From an uncultured Gemmatimonadales bacterium (lineage in GTDB: Bacteria > Gemmatimonadota > Gemmatimonadetes > Longimicrobiales > Longimicrobiaceae): 64,000 bases of DNA. The first letter of the stretch is position 1, and the number at the start of each line of letters is the position of its first letter. Location of the stretch: positions 6,240,001-6,304,000 of the forward strand of contig OY970303.1 of the NCBI GenBank assembly GCA_963716255.1. Direction: 5' to 3'. Made by a program: the position numbers and the translations under genes. This document shows, piece after piece, positions 18,478 through 28,192 of this stretch. The notes beneath the pieces are model-generated. The model was not told the origin of the DNA, did no database searches, and saw nothing but the letters and a program-made list of their open reading frames with translations.

Positions 18478-21400
18478 ATGATCGACTGGGATCGCCTCCA
18501 CGACTATGAGAGTACCAAGTCCCGCAGCTTCGAAGAACTTATCTACCACATCGCAAAGGTTCTTCACAGCGGAGAGGCGCGGTTTACTCCAATCGATGAT
18601 CGCGGCGGGGGGGACGGCGTGGAGTTCGTCGCGCAGTGGCCAGATGGTTCGGAATGGGGGTGGCAGGCGAAGTTTTTCCATCCGAATCCGCGTCTCCAGT
18701 ATGGCAACCGGAAGGCTCAGATTTCCAATTCACTTCACCGGGCGTGCGAGCAGCACCCCAACCTGCAACGGTGGATTCTATGCACGCCAACTCGCTTCAC
18801 CAATGAGGAGCGTGCTTGGTTTGAAACTACCCTCCGCCAGGTAATCCCCCCGGGCATGCAGGTCGAACTCGACCACTGGAGTGACAGTGACCTCCAGGCG
18901 TGGCTTAGTGAGCCTCGATTTGCAGGGAAGCGGGAATACTTCTTCGGCGACTTAGAACTCTCTCTGGAGTGGTTCAGGCGCCAGTTTGCTCGCCAGGCGG
19001 AGCGTTTGCGTGGCAAATTTCATCCTGAGCTGCATACGCGAACCTCCCTGGATCTGGCAATCCACAATTTCCTGGCAGGTTCGGAGGCGACCTGCGCGTG
19101 GGAAGCCGTCATGCGGGATCTGGAAGAGTTGCGCAACCAATTTCGTAGGGAGGCCGATCAACTCTTGGGGAGTACTGATGCGGAGCTTGGTGGGGCGGTT
19201 GATCTTGCTGTGCGTGCCGCCGAACGTGCCTTGTCGGCTGACTTCGATGCGAATTACGTAGGTGTGGTGAGGCTACACGGACTCCTCGCAGCTCGGGATC
19301 TCGATGAATTCTGGAAGGCGGATCCGCAGGAGATCACCTCGCGTGACTCGACGTTCGGGAAAACCTATCGTGAGGTGAAGGAAGAATTACGGTCCACTTT
19401 CAATAGTGCGAACCCTGCCCTACAAGGATCCGATCGGATCTTCGGAAAGCTGCACTTGATGGAGATGATGGCCGAGGAGTGCGCCTTACGGGTGGCGGAA
19501 GCAATCTCACCCTGGCCGGCCTCTCGTCGTCCGGCACTCCACATATTCGGCGATGCTGGGTACGGAAAGACTCAGACTGCAGCCGAGGTGGTCCAAGCCC
19601 TTCTGGAGCAAGGCGTCCCCGCACTCCTGCTACTCGGTGAGCAGTTTACCAGTGCGGCGCCACTCACTGAACAGCTCCGCCAGGTCCTGGATCTGCCCGG
19701 GAGCTACACGTGGGAAATGCTCCTCGGTGCATTGGCCACCGCTGCTGAAGCATACCATGTGCGGCTGCCGATCGTGATTGACGGCCTCAATGAGGCCATT
19801 CATCAGGGGGCGTTCTCTGATGTGTGGCAGCTCGGCTTGCCCGGCCTAATCAGCGATTTGAGAACCGTTCCCCGTGTGGGGCTCATCACTACTTGTCGGA
19901 CCTCGTATCGCGAGGTGATCTGGGATACCAGTCAACCAGAAAACGTAGCTGTTGCACGCGGTTTCCGTTCGAATGTGGAAGAGGCACTCGAGCGCTACTT
20001 CGCGCACTACCGCATCCTTGCGGATCTCACGTTTACGACCCTCACACATTTCACTCACCCGATCTACCTCAGGATATTCTGCGAGGCGAAGAATCCTGAT
20101 CGTGATCGGGACGTGGTGGTTTACATTGGTGAAGAAACACTCTTCGAGGTATTCGACCAATACCTCGACCGGGTAAATGCATCACTGTGTCGACGCTTGC
20201 GCCGCTCTCCAAGAACGCCCTTGGTGCGTACCGCACTGGGGGCCGTGGCGGAGCTCCTGTGGAATTCGAACACACGGGAAGCGCCCCTGGACGTGGTGAT
20301 TGAACGGGTTGATGGGCAAGCGCGCATTCACCTCGACTGGCTGAACTCCATCACTCACGCATTGGAGTCAGAGGGTCTCCTTGTCCATCGGGATATGCGA
20401 GCAGGTCACGAAACGTTCGCGTTCACCTATGACTTGCTTGGTGGATACCTGATTGCGCTTTCCCTACTCCGGGATCCTGGAGCCCCTCAAGCCGCGCTGA
20501 CTACGCCTGAGGTCGTGAGCCGGTTGTTTGGAGATCGGAGGCATTGGCACTCACTCGCGGAGGATATCCGGCGGTCGCTGGCCACGCTGCTCCCTACCCG
20601 CTTCGCTGAATACCTGCACCAGATCGTGGATGGGGCCGTAGCCCTCTCTGCTTCTGTGGAGGCGATTTTCGAGATCCCACCTGCAAAGCTGTCAGCTCCT
20701 GCTGTCGACTTAATTGAAAGGTTGTACGGCAACCCTGCCAACCGCGCAACCTTGTTTGATCTCGCGCGACCAGCATTAGCCCACCCCGGCCATCCACTCA
20801 ATATTCGCTTCTGGTCGGACCGCTTGTCCAGGATCACCATGGCGGAGCGGGACGTTAGTTGGACAGAGTGGGTGCGCACGAATGAGGACTGGGCTCAGGC
20901 TGAAGCTCGCCGCCTTGAATCACTTGCGGGAGCCTATGATGATCACATCCCGCATGCTCGCGATCGCCTTCGTCTGCAAGCTGAGACGATCTGCTGGTTC
21001 TTGACGACTACAAACCGGCGACTTCGAGATTTAGCGACGCGGGCGCTTTATTCATGGGGGCGGATCGATCCTGAAGGTCTCCTGGAGGTGCTCACCGCTG
21101 CATTGGACGTGAACGATCCCTATGTCGGGGAGCGGGTCCTCGCTGCCAGTTATGGGGTCGCCATGGCACGTCAGCACGACTTTGCAGATCCGAGTTTCGC
21201 CGAGTATGCGCTACCAAAGTATGGAAGGTTTTTGTATGAGTCGATGTTCTCGCCCGCTGCTCCTCACGGGACGACACATATCCTCGCACGTGACTATGCG
21301 CGACATACTGTAGAGATTGCGCTCCTGCACCACAGCTCACTGCTGAATCCGGAGCAGATCGAGCGTGTTCGACCGCCTTTTACTGAAGGTGGCATCCGAA

Positions 21401-22833
21401 TCTGGGGGGAAGCCGAACATTCGGACCTAGATGCATTCCCGGCGTGGAGCGCGCCTGTCCAGATGGATTTCGGGAACTACACAGTCGGCCAGCTTGTGGA
21501 AGGCCGGGAGAATTACCGGAATGACCATCCCGAGTACCAAAAGGTCATGCGGAACCTCTACTGGCGTATCTACAATCTGGGGTACTCGCACGAACTTTTC
21601 GAAAGGATCGATACGCTGCTCGCCAATAGGACTGGAGCCCGTGTGGGGGATGATCCAGGCAGGACAGAGCGATACGGGAAGAAATACGCGTGGATCGCGT
21701 TCTTTGAGATCGCTGGGTACCGCGTGGATCAAGGGCTCTGGGCACCCTGGATGGGTGGAGATCGGATATCGGACACAAACCTGGACCCGAGTTTCCCACA
21801 GGTGCGTTCGATGCAGCGGGTGGATGGCGATTTTCTCGGTGATCGCACAGCCTCGGTCTGGGAGTGGGTTGCGCAGGGTGAGGATCCGGATTTCGGCACA
21901 CTAACCGAAGCGGAGCAGCTTCAGGCGGAGGCTGGTCCGTGGGTTTTGCTCAACGGGTACGTATCTCAAGAGGATCCACCGGCACACCGCCGCCGATGGG
22001 TCTATTTGCGGGGACTGCTTGTCCGGCGGAGTGACTTGGAGCGACTGCTCGGCCGTCTCGAAGAGCAGGACCTAGGCGGGAGGTGGCTACCTGAGATCCC
22101 TGATGATCATTACACGTTCGCGGGCGAGATCCCATGGTGTGACACGTTTGCTCCAAATGGATGGACAGAGCTTGAGTTCATCACCAGTAAGCGCACGGTC
22201 CTGCAGGAGGAGGATCGAATCGCTCTTTATCGTGATGGGGTAACAATCACCGAGTCTGAACGAGACGTGTTCTTCGAACAACTCCGAGAGCGGTTGCCCG
22301 GACCAGATGAGACCGCTTCCCGTTCACAGGAGGACCTCACAACAGCATTCGAGGTCACGCTTGAGGAGATGGGTCTGACGGCCAGACTGGAGAAGGTACA
22401 GGTTCAGACGCAGGAGAACGACCGCGAGCGGATTGAAGTGATGATTCCCGTCCGTCAATATTCGTGGGAAGGTTATCATAGCGTGGTGACACCAGGATTG
22501 AGCATGGTGGTTCCGACAAGGGAAATCGGAGAGCACCTGCGTCTGGTGGGCCAGCCGCAGACTTTTGACCTCTTCACGACTACCGGTATTCGAGCCTCGT
22601 TCTCATACGAGGGCGGAAACCCGATGGGGACTGGCGAAGAAATGTGCTTCCTTCGACGTGATTTGTTGGAGCGGTACTTGGAGGAAACAGATCAGGCGCT
22701 CGTCTGGGGAGTCTGGGGAGAGAGAGAATACACCCACGAAGAACCGGAGCATCGGCGTGCGGTTGCAAAGACCCGACCTGTGTACAAGGTCTTCCAGCAG
22801 GTAATTCAATATTCCCGTGAAACACCAAGCTGA
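18478..22833 (+). CDS. Avs-like anti-phage STAND NTPase with N-terminal Mrr-like nuclease
   Basis: SFEEL...GDGVE...WGWQAKFF; Walker A GDAGYGKT; Walker B IVIDGLNE; C-terminal ERYGKKYAWIA...DPSF recalled as Avs2-like. Confidence 0.8.
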   Translation: MIDWDRLHDYESTKSRSFEELIYHIAKVLHSGEARFTPIDDRGGGDGVEFVAQWPDGSEWGWQAKFFHPNPRLQYGNRKAQISNSLHRACEQHPNLQRWILCTPTRFTNEERAWFETTLRQVIPPGMQVELDHWSDSDLQAWLSEPRFAGKREYFFGDLELSLEWFRRQFARQAERLRGKFHPELHTRTSLDLAIHNFLAGSEATCAWEAVMRDLEELRNQFRREADQLLGSTDAELGGAVDLAVRAAERALSADFDANYVGVVRLHGLLAARDLDEFWKADPQEITSRDSTFGKTYREVKEELRSTFNSANPALQGSDRIFGKLHLMEMMAEECALRVAEAISPWPASRRPALHIFGDAGYGKTQTAAEVVQALLEQGVPALLLLGEQFTSAAPLTEQLRQVLDLPGSYTWEMLLGALATAAEAYHVRLPIVIDGLNEAIHQGAFSDVWQLGLPGLISDLRTVPRVGLITTCRTSYREVIWDTSQPENVAVARGFRSNVEEALERYFAHYRILADLTFTTLTHFTHPIYLRIFCEAKNPDRDRDVVVYIGEETLFEVFDQYLDRVNASLCRRLRRSPRTPLVRTALGAVAELLWNSNTREAPLDVVIERVDGQARIHLDWLNSITHALESEGLLVHRDMRAGHETFAFTYDLLGGYLIALSLLRDPGAPQAALTTPEVVSRLFGDRRHWHSLAEDIRRSLATLLPTRFAEYLHQIVDGAVALSASVEAIFEIPPAKLSAPAVDLIERLYGNPANRATLFDLARPALAHPGHPLNIRFWSDRLSRITMAERDVSWTEWVRTNEDWAQAEARRLESLAGAYDDHIPHARDRLRLQAETICWFLTTTNRRLRDLATRALYSWGRIDPEGLLEVLTAALDVNDPYVGERVLAASYGVAMARQHDFADPSFAEYALPKYGRFLYESMFSPAAPHGTTHILARDYARHTVEIALLHHSSLLNPEQIERVRPPFTEGGIRIWGEAEHSDLDAFPAWSAPVQMDFGNYTVGQLVEGRENYRNDHPEYQKVMRNLYWRIYNLGYSHELFERIDTLLANRTGARVGDDPGRTERYGKKYAWIAFFEIAGYRVDQGLWAPWMGGDRISDTNLDPSFPQVRSMQRVDGDFLGDRTASVWEWVAQGEDPDFGTLTEAEQLQAEAGPWVLLNGYVSQEDPPAHRRRWVYLRGLLVRRSDLERLLGRLEEQDLGGRWLPEIPDDHYTFAGEIPWCDTFAPNGWTELEFITSKRTVLQEEDRIALYRDGVTITESERDVFFEQLRERLPGPDETASRSQEDLTTAFEVTLEEMGLTARLEKVQVQTQENDRERIEVMIPVRQYSWEGYHSVVTPGLSMVVPTREIGEHLRLVGQPQTFDLFTTTGIRASFSYEGGNPMGTGEEMCFLRRDLLERYLEETDQALVWGVWGEREYTHEEPEHRRAVAKTRPVYKVFQQVIQYSRETPS

Positions 22834-22897
22834 TCGGGAGATCGTCAAGCTTGACTCTGGGCCACTGTTGTCTCGCCAACCCTGATTCGGAGTCCCC

Positions 22898-23683
22898 ATG
22901 ACCCGTGGACCATTGGATGAGGTCACTCTCGCTACTATCGTCCAGCAACTCCCGGCTTTCGACACCTGGGTGGAGGAGGCCATCTCCTTCCTGCCAGACT
23001 TTCTCTCGGCTGCGTTCCCCTACGATAGTCAAATCCCCATGGCCTCGGTGGCGCTCGCGGATTGTGCTCACACCCTTTATGCAGTGCGCTATGCTCTTCA
23101 CGAGTACTTGGCGAACGGCATCTACTTTCGAGAGGTCGCAAACCCGCCCAACGAATCGCTCGCCGTGATTCAGGAGGTCTACTACCTCAATGATACCGCT
23201 CTCAGGCTGTACTCGGCTGCGGAGCATCTCGCGGCCGCGGTTGCCATGATGCTGGACGTCACAGATGCCGACCTCACCTCATTCAAGAGGCGAGGGCTCA
23301 GCCGGTGGGCTAGAGTGAGCGCTTTCCTGAGTGACAACCAGTCCTCCCTGGCGATCACTGGTGCATTCGCCAAGCTCTCTGGTGATGAGGACTGGAAGCT
23401 TACCATCCGCTACCGCGGGGCCTGGGTACACAACCAGCCACCAACGGTGCACGGGGCCGGTCTCGTGTACCATCGGACCCGTAAATGGCAACGTGCAGAT
23501 GATGGTGGATGGACCTTGGTGGTCCGCAAAGGCGAGAAGCCAGAGTTTACAACGGATCAACTTGGCAGGGCGTTTCTTACGGCCAGTTTTGGACTTGCGG
23601 ACGTTCTGCGGATCGTGCTTGAGCACTATAACGCGATCCTGGAGGCTTACGGCATCAGGTCCACGCCTGGCCAGCAACAGTAG
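22898..23683 (+). CDS. HEPN-domain protein (Cthe_2314-like)
   Basis: ALRLYSAAEHL helix plus YRGAWVHN R-x4-H motif. Confidence 0.65.
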   Translation: MTRGPLDEVTLATIVQQLPAFDTWVEEAISFLPDFLSAAFPYDSQIPMASVALADCAHTLYAVRYALHEYLANGIYFREVANPPNESLAVIQEVYYLNDTALRLYSAAEHLAAAVAMMLDVTDADLTSFKRRGLSRWARVSAFLSDNQSSLAITGAFAKLSGDEDWKLTIRYRGAWVHNQPPTVHGAGLVYHRTRKWQRADDGGWTLVVRKGEKPEFTTDQLGRAFLTASFGLADVLRIVLEHYNAILEAYGIRSTPGQQQ

Positions 23684-23723
23684 TGAGATCTACTTGCGAT
23701 TACGTCGCTATGACGAAGTCCAC

Positions 23724-24164
23724 TTAACGTGAAGGCTTCAGGGGCGGCTCGGATTGGCCAACTAGCCGCTCAAGGCACTCTCCGACACACTCAAACCGAT
23801 TGCGTTGGTCGACATCCTTCGGCGCGTTGAGTTTGTAGTCACCGTCGCGGCCGAGGGTCCATCGCGTCTCACATCCATGCTGAACGTCAAACTCGGGCAG
23901 TAGGAATCCTGTATCCGGTGACTGAACGAGGAGCACGACAGCCCATCGCTGCTCCGATTCCGAGAGAGAATCTACCAGGTTCTTTGTCAATCCCCAGAAT
24001 CCCTGTCCGGCGCTACGCACCTTGACGTAAAGTACAGCACCGCGATCACCACAAATACGAACGAAATTCCTGCCCCCGGCAGGAAAATCTACGCCATAGC
24101 CACGGCGCGATGCCCACCTCTGTGCGTTGTCTACGAAAGCTTGAAGGATCTGGTGTGCGTTCAT
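23724..24164 (-). CDS. hypothetical protein, possibly restriction-endonuclease-like fold
   Basis: 146 aa alpha/beta pattern, LYVKVRS...FWGL...VVLL...DYKLN. Confidence 0.6.
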   Translation of the reverse strand: MNAHQILQAFVDNAQRWASRRGYGVDFPAGGRNFVRICGDRGAVLYVKVRSAGQGFWGLTKNLVDSLSESEQRWAVVLLVQSPDTGFLLPEFDVQHGCETRWTLGRDGDYKLNAPKDVDQRNRFECVGECLERLVGQSEPPLKPSR

Positions 24165-24189
24165 CCCAGGATGAGGGGAGAGTGGATCC

Positions 24190-24281
24190 GCCTATCGCCC
24201 AAACTCAGTTGCACAGGGCCGGTGCACAGAAATCGAAGCCAAAACCATGCCCGGCCCTGTGTCCACTGCAGCTTGTTAGGC
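24190..24281 (-). other. degenerate integron attC-like site
   Basis: Minus strand GCCTAAC-AAGC-TGCAGTGGAC-ACAGGGCCGG...CCGGCCCTGT-GCAACTGA-GTTTGGGC-GATAGGC, between two co-oriented small genes. Confidence 0.6.
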
Positions 24282-24322
24282 CGGCTGTGACCCTGTGATC
24301 CAGAGTTGAGGATAGCAGCGGA

Positions 24323-24865
24323 TCACGAGTCCTCCTCAGTGGGCTCGTACTTCGGGAGCATACTTCCGAAGATGAACGGGGTGTAGTGATAGATGAGCAT
24401 CGAGACATCTGCGGTCTTGGGATCAATTGGCATTGGGTGCTCGATTCCCATAAACAGCTCATACACCTCCTCACGGGTCACCGTTGCCCCAAGCTCGTGA
24501 GCTAACCGATTACGGATGCGGTGTAGCTTCCGAAGAGAGCCAACGACGAAGTCTGGCAGGAGTTCCCAATCCTCCACTAAAACACAGCGTGATGCAATTT
24601 CCAGCTTTTGGGAGTAGCTAAGCCTAGTTGCCAGAACTGCCTCACCGTTCGGCTCCAGCGCATACGCAAGCAGTCTATCGAGCACCGCCTCCGACAAAAG
24701 ATGACACTTCAGTATCCAGCTCACCGGGTCGCCGATCCGAAGAGAAGGGCGCGCTCCAGACCCAGAGTTCTCGAGGTGCTCAGACCTCATGCTATCCAGC
24801 AGCAGAGGCAGAGTCTGATATCGGAGCTCCGTCAGTCGTAGGAGCCTTTCCTTCAGATCGCTCAT
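24323..24865 (-). CDS. HEPN-like protein
   Basis: ILKCHLLSE...LSYSQKL...LRKLHRIRNRLAH (RNxxAH). Confidence 0.65.
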   Translation of the reverse strand: MSDLKERLLRLTELRYQTLPLLLDSMRSEHLENSGSGARPSLRIGDPVSWILKCHLLSEAVLDRLLAYALEPNGEAVLATRLSYSQKLEIASRCVLVEDWELLPDFVVGSLRKLHRIRNRLAHELGATVTREEVYELFMGIEHPMPIDPKTADVSMLIYHYTPFIFGSMLPKYEPTEEDS

Positions 24866-24879
24866 GAGGGACAGTTTAA

Positions 24880-26551
24880 CCCGGATCCTGCACGGGTGAA
24901 GGTAGGAAAAGGGAGGGGTAGGATGCAGAACACCGCCTGGGGCCGTAGGTTGAGGGAACTTCCTGGCAGAAGTATTCCACCCAACCATAGGCACCCAGAC
25001 GGTGCGAGTTCAGACTATCGCTTCTCGACCCCACGTGCAAGGCAGGGCGGCCCCGCTGCGGCTTCGGCACTCGGCCGGTGAGCTGACGGACGGAGCGGGC
25101 CTGCTGCTGCTTCGCCGTCTCTGGGATCGACTGGGGCTGGGGCAGAGGCTCGACACCGAAGCGGCCTGGCTGCGCGGCGCCTACCGGCCGAGCCTGATGG
25201 TGGAGCTCTGGATCGTACTGCTGCTCTACGGCGGCGGCTGCATGGATGATCTGCGCCTGCTGGGCGGGCGCGGCATCCGCCGCCTCTTCGGCTGGAAGGG
25301 CCTGCCCGATCCAACGACCTACGGGCGCTGGCTGCGTCGCGGCGGGGAGCGCCTGGCGGGGCAGCTCGACGCCGTTCTCTGGCAGATGGTGCGTGCCCGT
25401 TGGGCGAGGAGCGCAGTGCCGCGCTCGGTGATGCTGGTGCTGGACAGCACGGTGGTGCAGCGATACGGGCTCAAGCAGGCGGGCGCCGAAAAGGGCTACA
25501 ACCCCACGAAGAAGGGCCGACCCAGTCACCACCCGCTGGTGGCCTTCCTGGCCGAGACGGGCGACTGCCTGGGCGTGCGCTGGCGAGCGGGCAGCGCCCA
25601 CACCGCCGCCGGGGCGATCCCCTGGATCGAGGCCCTGGTGGGGCAGCTCCGCGCGGCCGGGGTCGAGCAGATCACGCTGCGTCTGGACAAGGGGTTCTTC
25701 TCCCGGAAGATGGTCGAGGCGCTGGAGGCCCTCGGGGTCGGCTACGTGCTCAAGGTGCCCGACCAGAAGTGGCTGCGGCGTCACCTCTCGCCCTTTCGCC
25801 GCTCCCAGAAGGACCCCAAGCTCTGGACGGCCTCGGGCACGATCTACGGCGCGCGGCTGCTGACGGTGGAACAGCGGCGCGAGATCGGGGGCGCCGAAGG
25901 CGAGCTGGAGCTGGAGAGCTACAAGGTCGAGAAGACGGCGCACGTGCTGAGCAACGTGGCGGGGATCAGCGTCCTCTCGGCGTGGCGGCTCTACAACCAG
26001 GGCGCGCTCGTGGAGCAGCGGATCGAGGAGCTGGGACAGCTCTCGGTGGGGCAGACGGCGGTCGATGATCTGGGGGGTAATCATCTGCTCTGGGCGCTGG
26101 GTGCGCTGGCGTATCAGATGCTCCACACCCTCCGCACCACGGCGCTCTCGGGAAGCTGGCGCCGGGCACAGCCGAAGCGCCTGCGGGCCTGGCTCTTCCG
26201 CCTTCCGGCGAAGCTGACCACGCACGCGCGCAAGCAGTACGTGCAGCTCCAGCGGGCCGAGCCGCTGCGCCGAGAACTGCTCCGGGCGCTGCGCCGGGTC
26301 GGCACGGGACCGCCCCTGCCAGCCTGAGAGTCTCTGGCGCAGGCACGCAGGGCGAGGAAGACCGGAGCCCATCGGCCCGGTGGTGGAGCCGCTTTGCCCT
26401 GCGGCGCCCGGCAGACCGGAATCAGCCGCGGCAGAGCCTCTTGCGAGGGCGGCGGCAACGTCCCGGCTCGCTCGGTCGCCGCCTCCGCCGTCATCTGCCG
26501 GCTCGCGAGAGGCGAAATCCACCGGGGCGCCACTCCCGTGCAGGATCCGGG
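24880..26551 (+). mobile_element. IS1380-family insertion sequence
   Basis: Perfect 17-bp TIR CCCGGATCCTGCACGGG (24880-24896 / 26535-26551); TTTAA direct repeat on both flanks. Confidence 0.9.
25002..26327 (+). CDS. IS1380-family DDE transposase
   Basis: LVLDST, GYNPTKKGRPSHHPL, RAGSAHT, RLDKGF, YNQGALVEQRIEE. Confidence 0.9.
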   Translation: MRVQTIASRPHVQGRAAPLRLRHSAGELTDGAGLLLLRRLWDRLGLGQRLDTEAAWLRGAYRPSLMVELWIVLLLYGGGCMDDLRLLGGRGIRRLFGWKGLPDPTTYGRWLRRGGERLAGQLDAVLWQMVRARWARSAVPRSVMLVLDSTVVQRYGLKQAGAEKGYNPTKKGRPSHHPLVAFLAETGDCLGVRWRAGSAHTAAGAIPWIEALVGQLRAAGVEQITLRLDKGFFSRKMVEALEALGVGYVLKVPDQKWLRRHLSPFRRSQKDPKLWTASGTIYGARLLTVEQRREIGGAEGELELESYKVEKTAHVLSNVAGISVLSAWRLYNQGALVEQRIEELGQLSVGQTAVDDLGGNHLLWALGALAYQMLHTLRTTALSGSWRRAQPKRLRAWLFRLPAKLTTHARKQYVQLQRAEPLRRELLRALRRVGTGPPLPA

Positions 26552-27091
26552 TTTAACTATGTGTTAAGTAGCCGGAGTTCCATTTTTTACGCGAAGCAGT
26601 TGCGCTGCCTGGACCTTATGGCCGCAATCTGTGTCCCGCCACCCCCACACACAAGCATGCGGGCGGCGGGACCCCCACCGCCTCCAATCGTTGTGGCGTC
26701 GGTCGCAACTCCTGTTCTACCGTTCGTCTCCTCGAGGAATACAGCTATTGCCCCTGGTGTCGCGCCAGCACCTATCACGCCTCCAGAGACGACACACCGC
26801 GGGCCGGCGACTTCACCAGCGTCAGGCAGGACGCCCTAGACCTAATGGATGCGCTCGACGCCGTTCTCCCCAAACGGCCGCCGCGCACCCGGGGGTGGCG
26901 TCGTTCCCGCACGGGAGGAGAGACACGGCGGACGGCTGGGAGCCGACGGGCGCGTCTTCATCTCCTTCCGCTGCTTTCCGCGCCGTCCGGTGCGCACCTC
27001 GCGCGTGCGCCAACCCGCCCGCTCCAAGATCCGTGAGCGGGTTGTCGTAGGGCATCACCATCAACGCATCCAGCAGCCCGGCAGCCCGCGG

Positions 27092-27231
27092 CTACCCGAG
27101 TTTATTGTGATGCCAGCTTGGGACTACCTGAAATGAGGGCGGACGTTCACTACCCGACTTTGGTTTGGAGACCCCCCCAAAAAACCAGAGAACACGCGAA
27201 AGCGACTACCTGACTTTATTGTTCGCCTACA
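27092..27231 (-). mobile_element. Tn7-like transposon end (spaced TnsB-type sites, left-end-like)
   Basis: Minus strand from 27231: TGTAGGCGAACAATAAAGTC, versus Tn7 end TGTGGGCGGACAATAAAGTC; CTACCYGA repeats at 27092, 27124, 27150, 27206. Confidence 0.85.
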
Positions 27232-27248
27232 ACGGCAGAATCAGAAGC

Positions 27249-27277
27249 GGCCCGGCTCGGGAAGTCCGAGCCGGGCC
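27249..27277. terminator. hairpin just outside the transposon end
   Basis: GGCCCGGCTCGG-GAAGT-CCGAGCCGGGCC perfect 12-bp stem followed by ATTCTGTT. Confidence 0.65.
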
Positions 27278-27334
27278 ATTCTGTTCCGCGCACTTTAATG
27301 GGGTTCCACGCTCGTCAACGGTCTCGCCGAGAGC

Positions 27335-28191
27335 CTACCTGCCTTCGCGGGCGTGCAGCCGGTCGAAGGCCGCGGCGGGGGCCTCGAAGGTGGCGAACCC
27401 GTTGGTGACCCGCGCGCTCTCCACGCCCAGCGAGTCGCGGAGGTGGCGCCAGAACTGGACGTCGGTGAGGCTCGGCGCGGTCGCGCCCGCGATGTCGCCG
27501 GCACTCGAGAACAGGAACGGGTGGTTGTGCAGGTGGGCGACCGCGCGCCATCCCTCCTTCTGGTCGGCGGCGACGTGCTCGAAGAGCTGGGGGGCCACGG
27601 GGCGCCGCTCCCCGCGAAATAGACGCGGACCTGGCGGCTCCCGGAGTCGCCCCGCTCCATCACCACCGCCTGGAATTCCGTCGGGTGCGAGGCCATGGGG
27701 AAACGCGACGCCTGGTATTCGACCAGGAGCGCTTCCAGGCACTCGATGGGGCGCATCGTGCCGATGGAGCCGGCGAGCACGATCCGTCCGTTCGCCGCCT
27801 CCCCCTGGTTGTCGGAGCCGGGCCGGCCGGCATAGTACGCGACCTGGCGCTCGAGGAGGGCGCGCGCGTCCAGCGCCCCGGTCCGGATCCGGACCGTGTC
27901 CAGGAACGAGGAGAGTGCCGGAAGGCGCGAGAGCTCCACGCTCCGGGGCAGCTGCCGGGCGTCGTACGTCCAGGACTGAAGGACGGTGTCGGCGGCCTGG
28001 CGGAGCACCACGGGCGCGTTGGGCCAGAGGCAGCCGCTCGCGCCGGCGGGCGGGGACACGGCGGGGCCGCCCCGGCCCACGCATGCCGCCAGCAGGAGGG
28101 CGGCTGTCGCGACCCGCAGCCGGAACGGGCGGACTCGGCAGAGAAGGATGGCGCGAGCCCTCGAGAAGGCGGAGGCGGCGACGCGCTCCAC
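27335..28191 (-). pseudogene. frameshifted lipoprotein with JAB/MPN-like metal motif
   Basis: LLLAAC lipobox in one frame; HLHNHP...APSLTD in another; frames switch near the G6 run at 27589-27594. Confidence 0.55.
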
Positions 28192-28192
28192 C

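Noticed and set aside
26600..27060. Zn-ribbon-like reading frame (YSYCPWC) between the IS and the transposon end
   Set aside because: No start codon or RBS upstream of the motif; at most a gene remnant.
27165..27300. tmRNA, tRNA or SRP RNA at the island boundary
   Set aside because: No cloverleaf, T-loop or SRP motif found; the sequence is better explained as a Tn7 end plus terminator.
27295..27340. glmS 3' end (attTn7) next to the transposon end
   Set aside because: The minus-strand tail LSARPLTSVEPH does not match PRNLAKSVTVE and belongs to the shifted frame of the lipoprotein gene.
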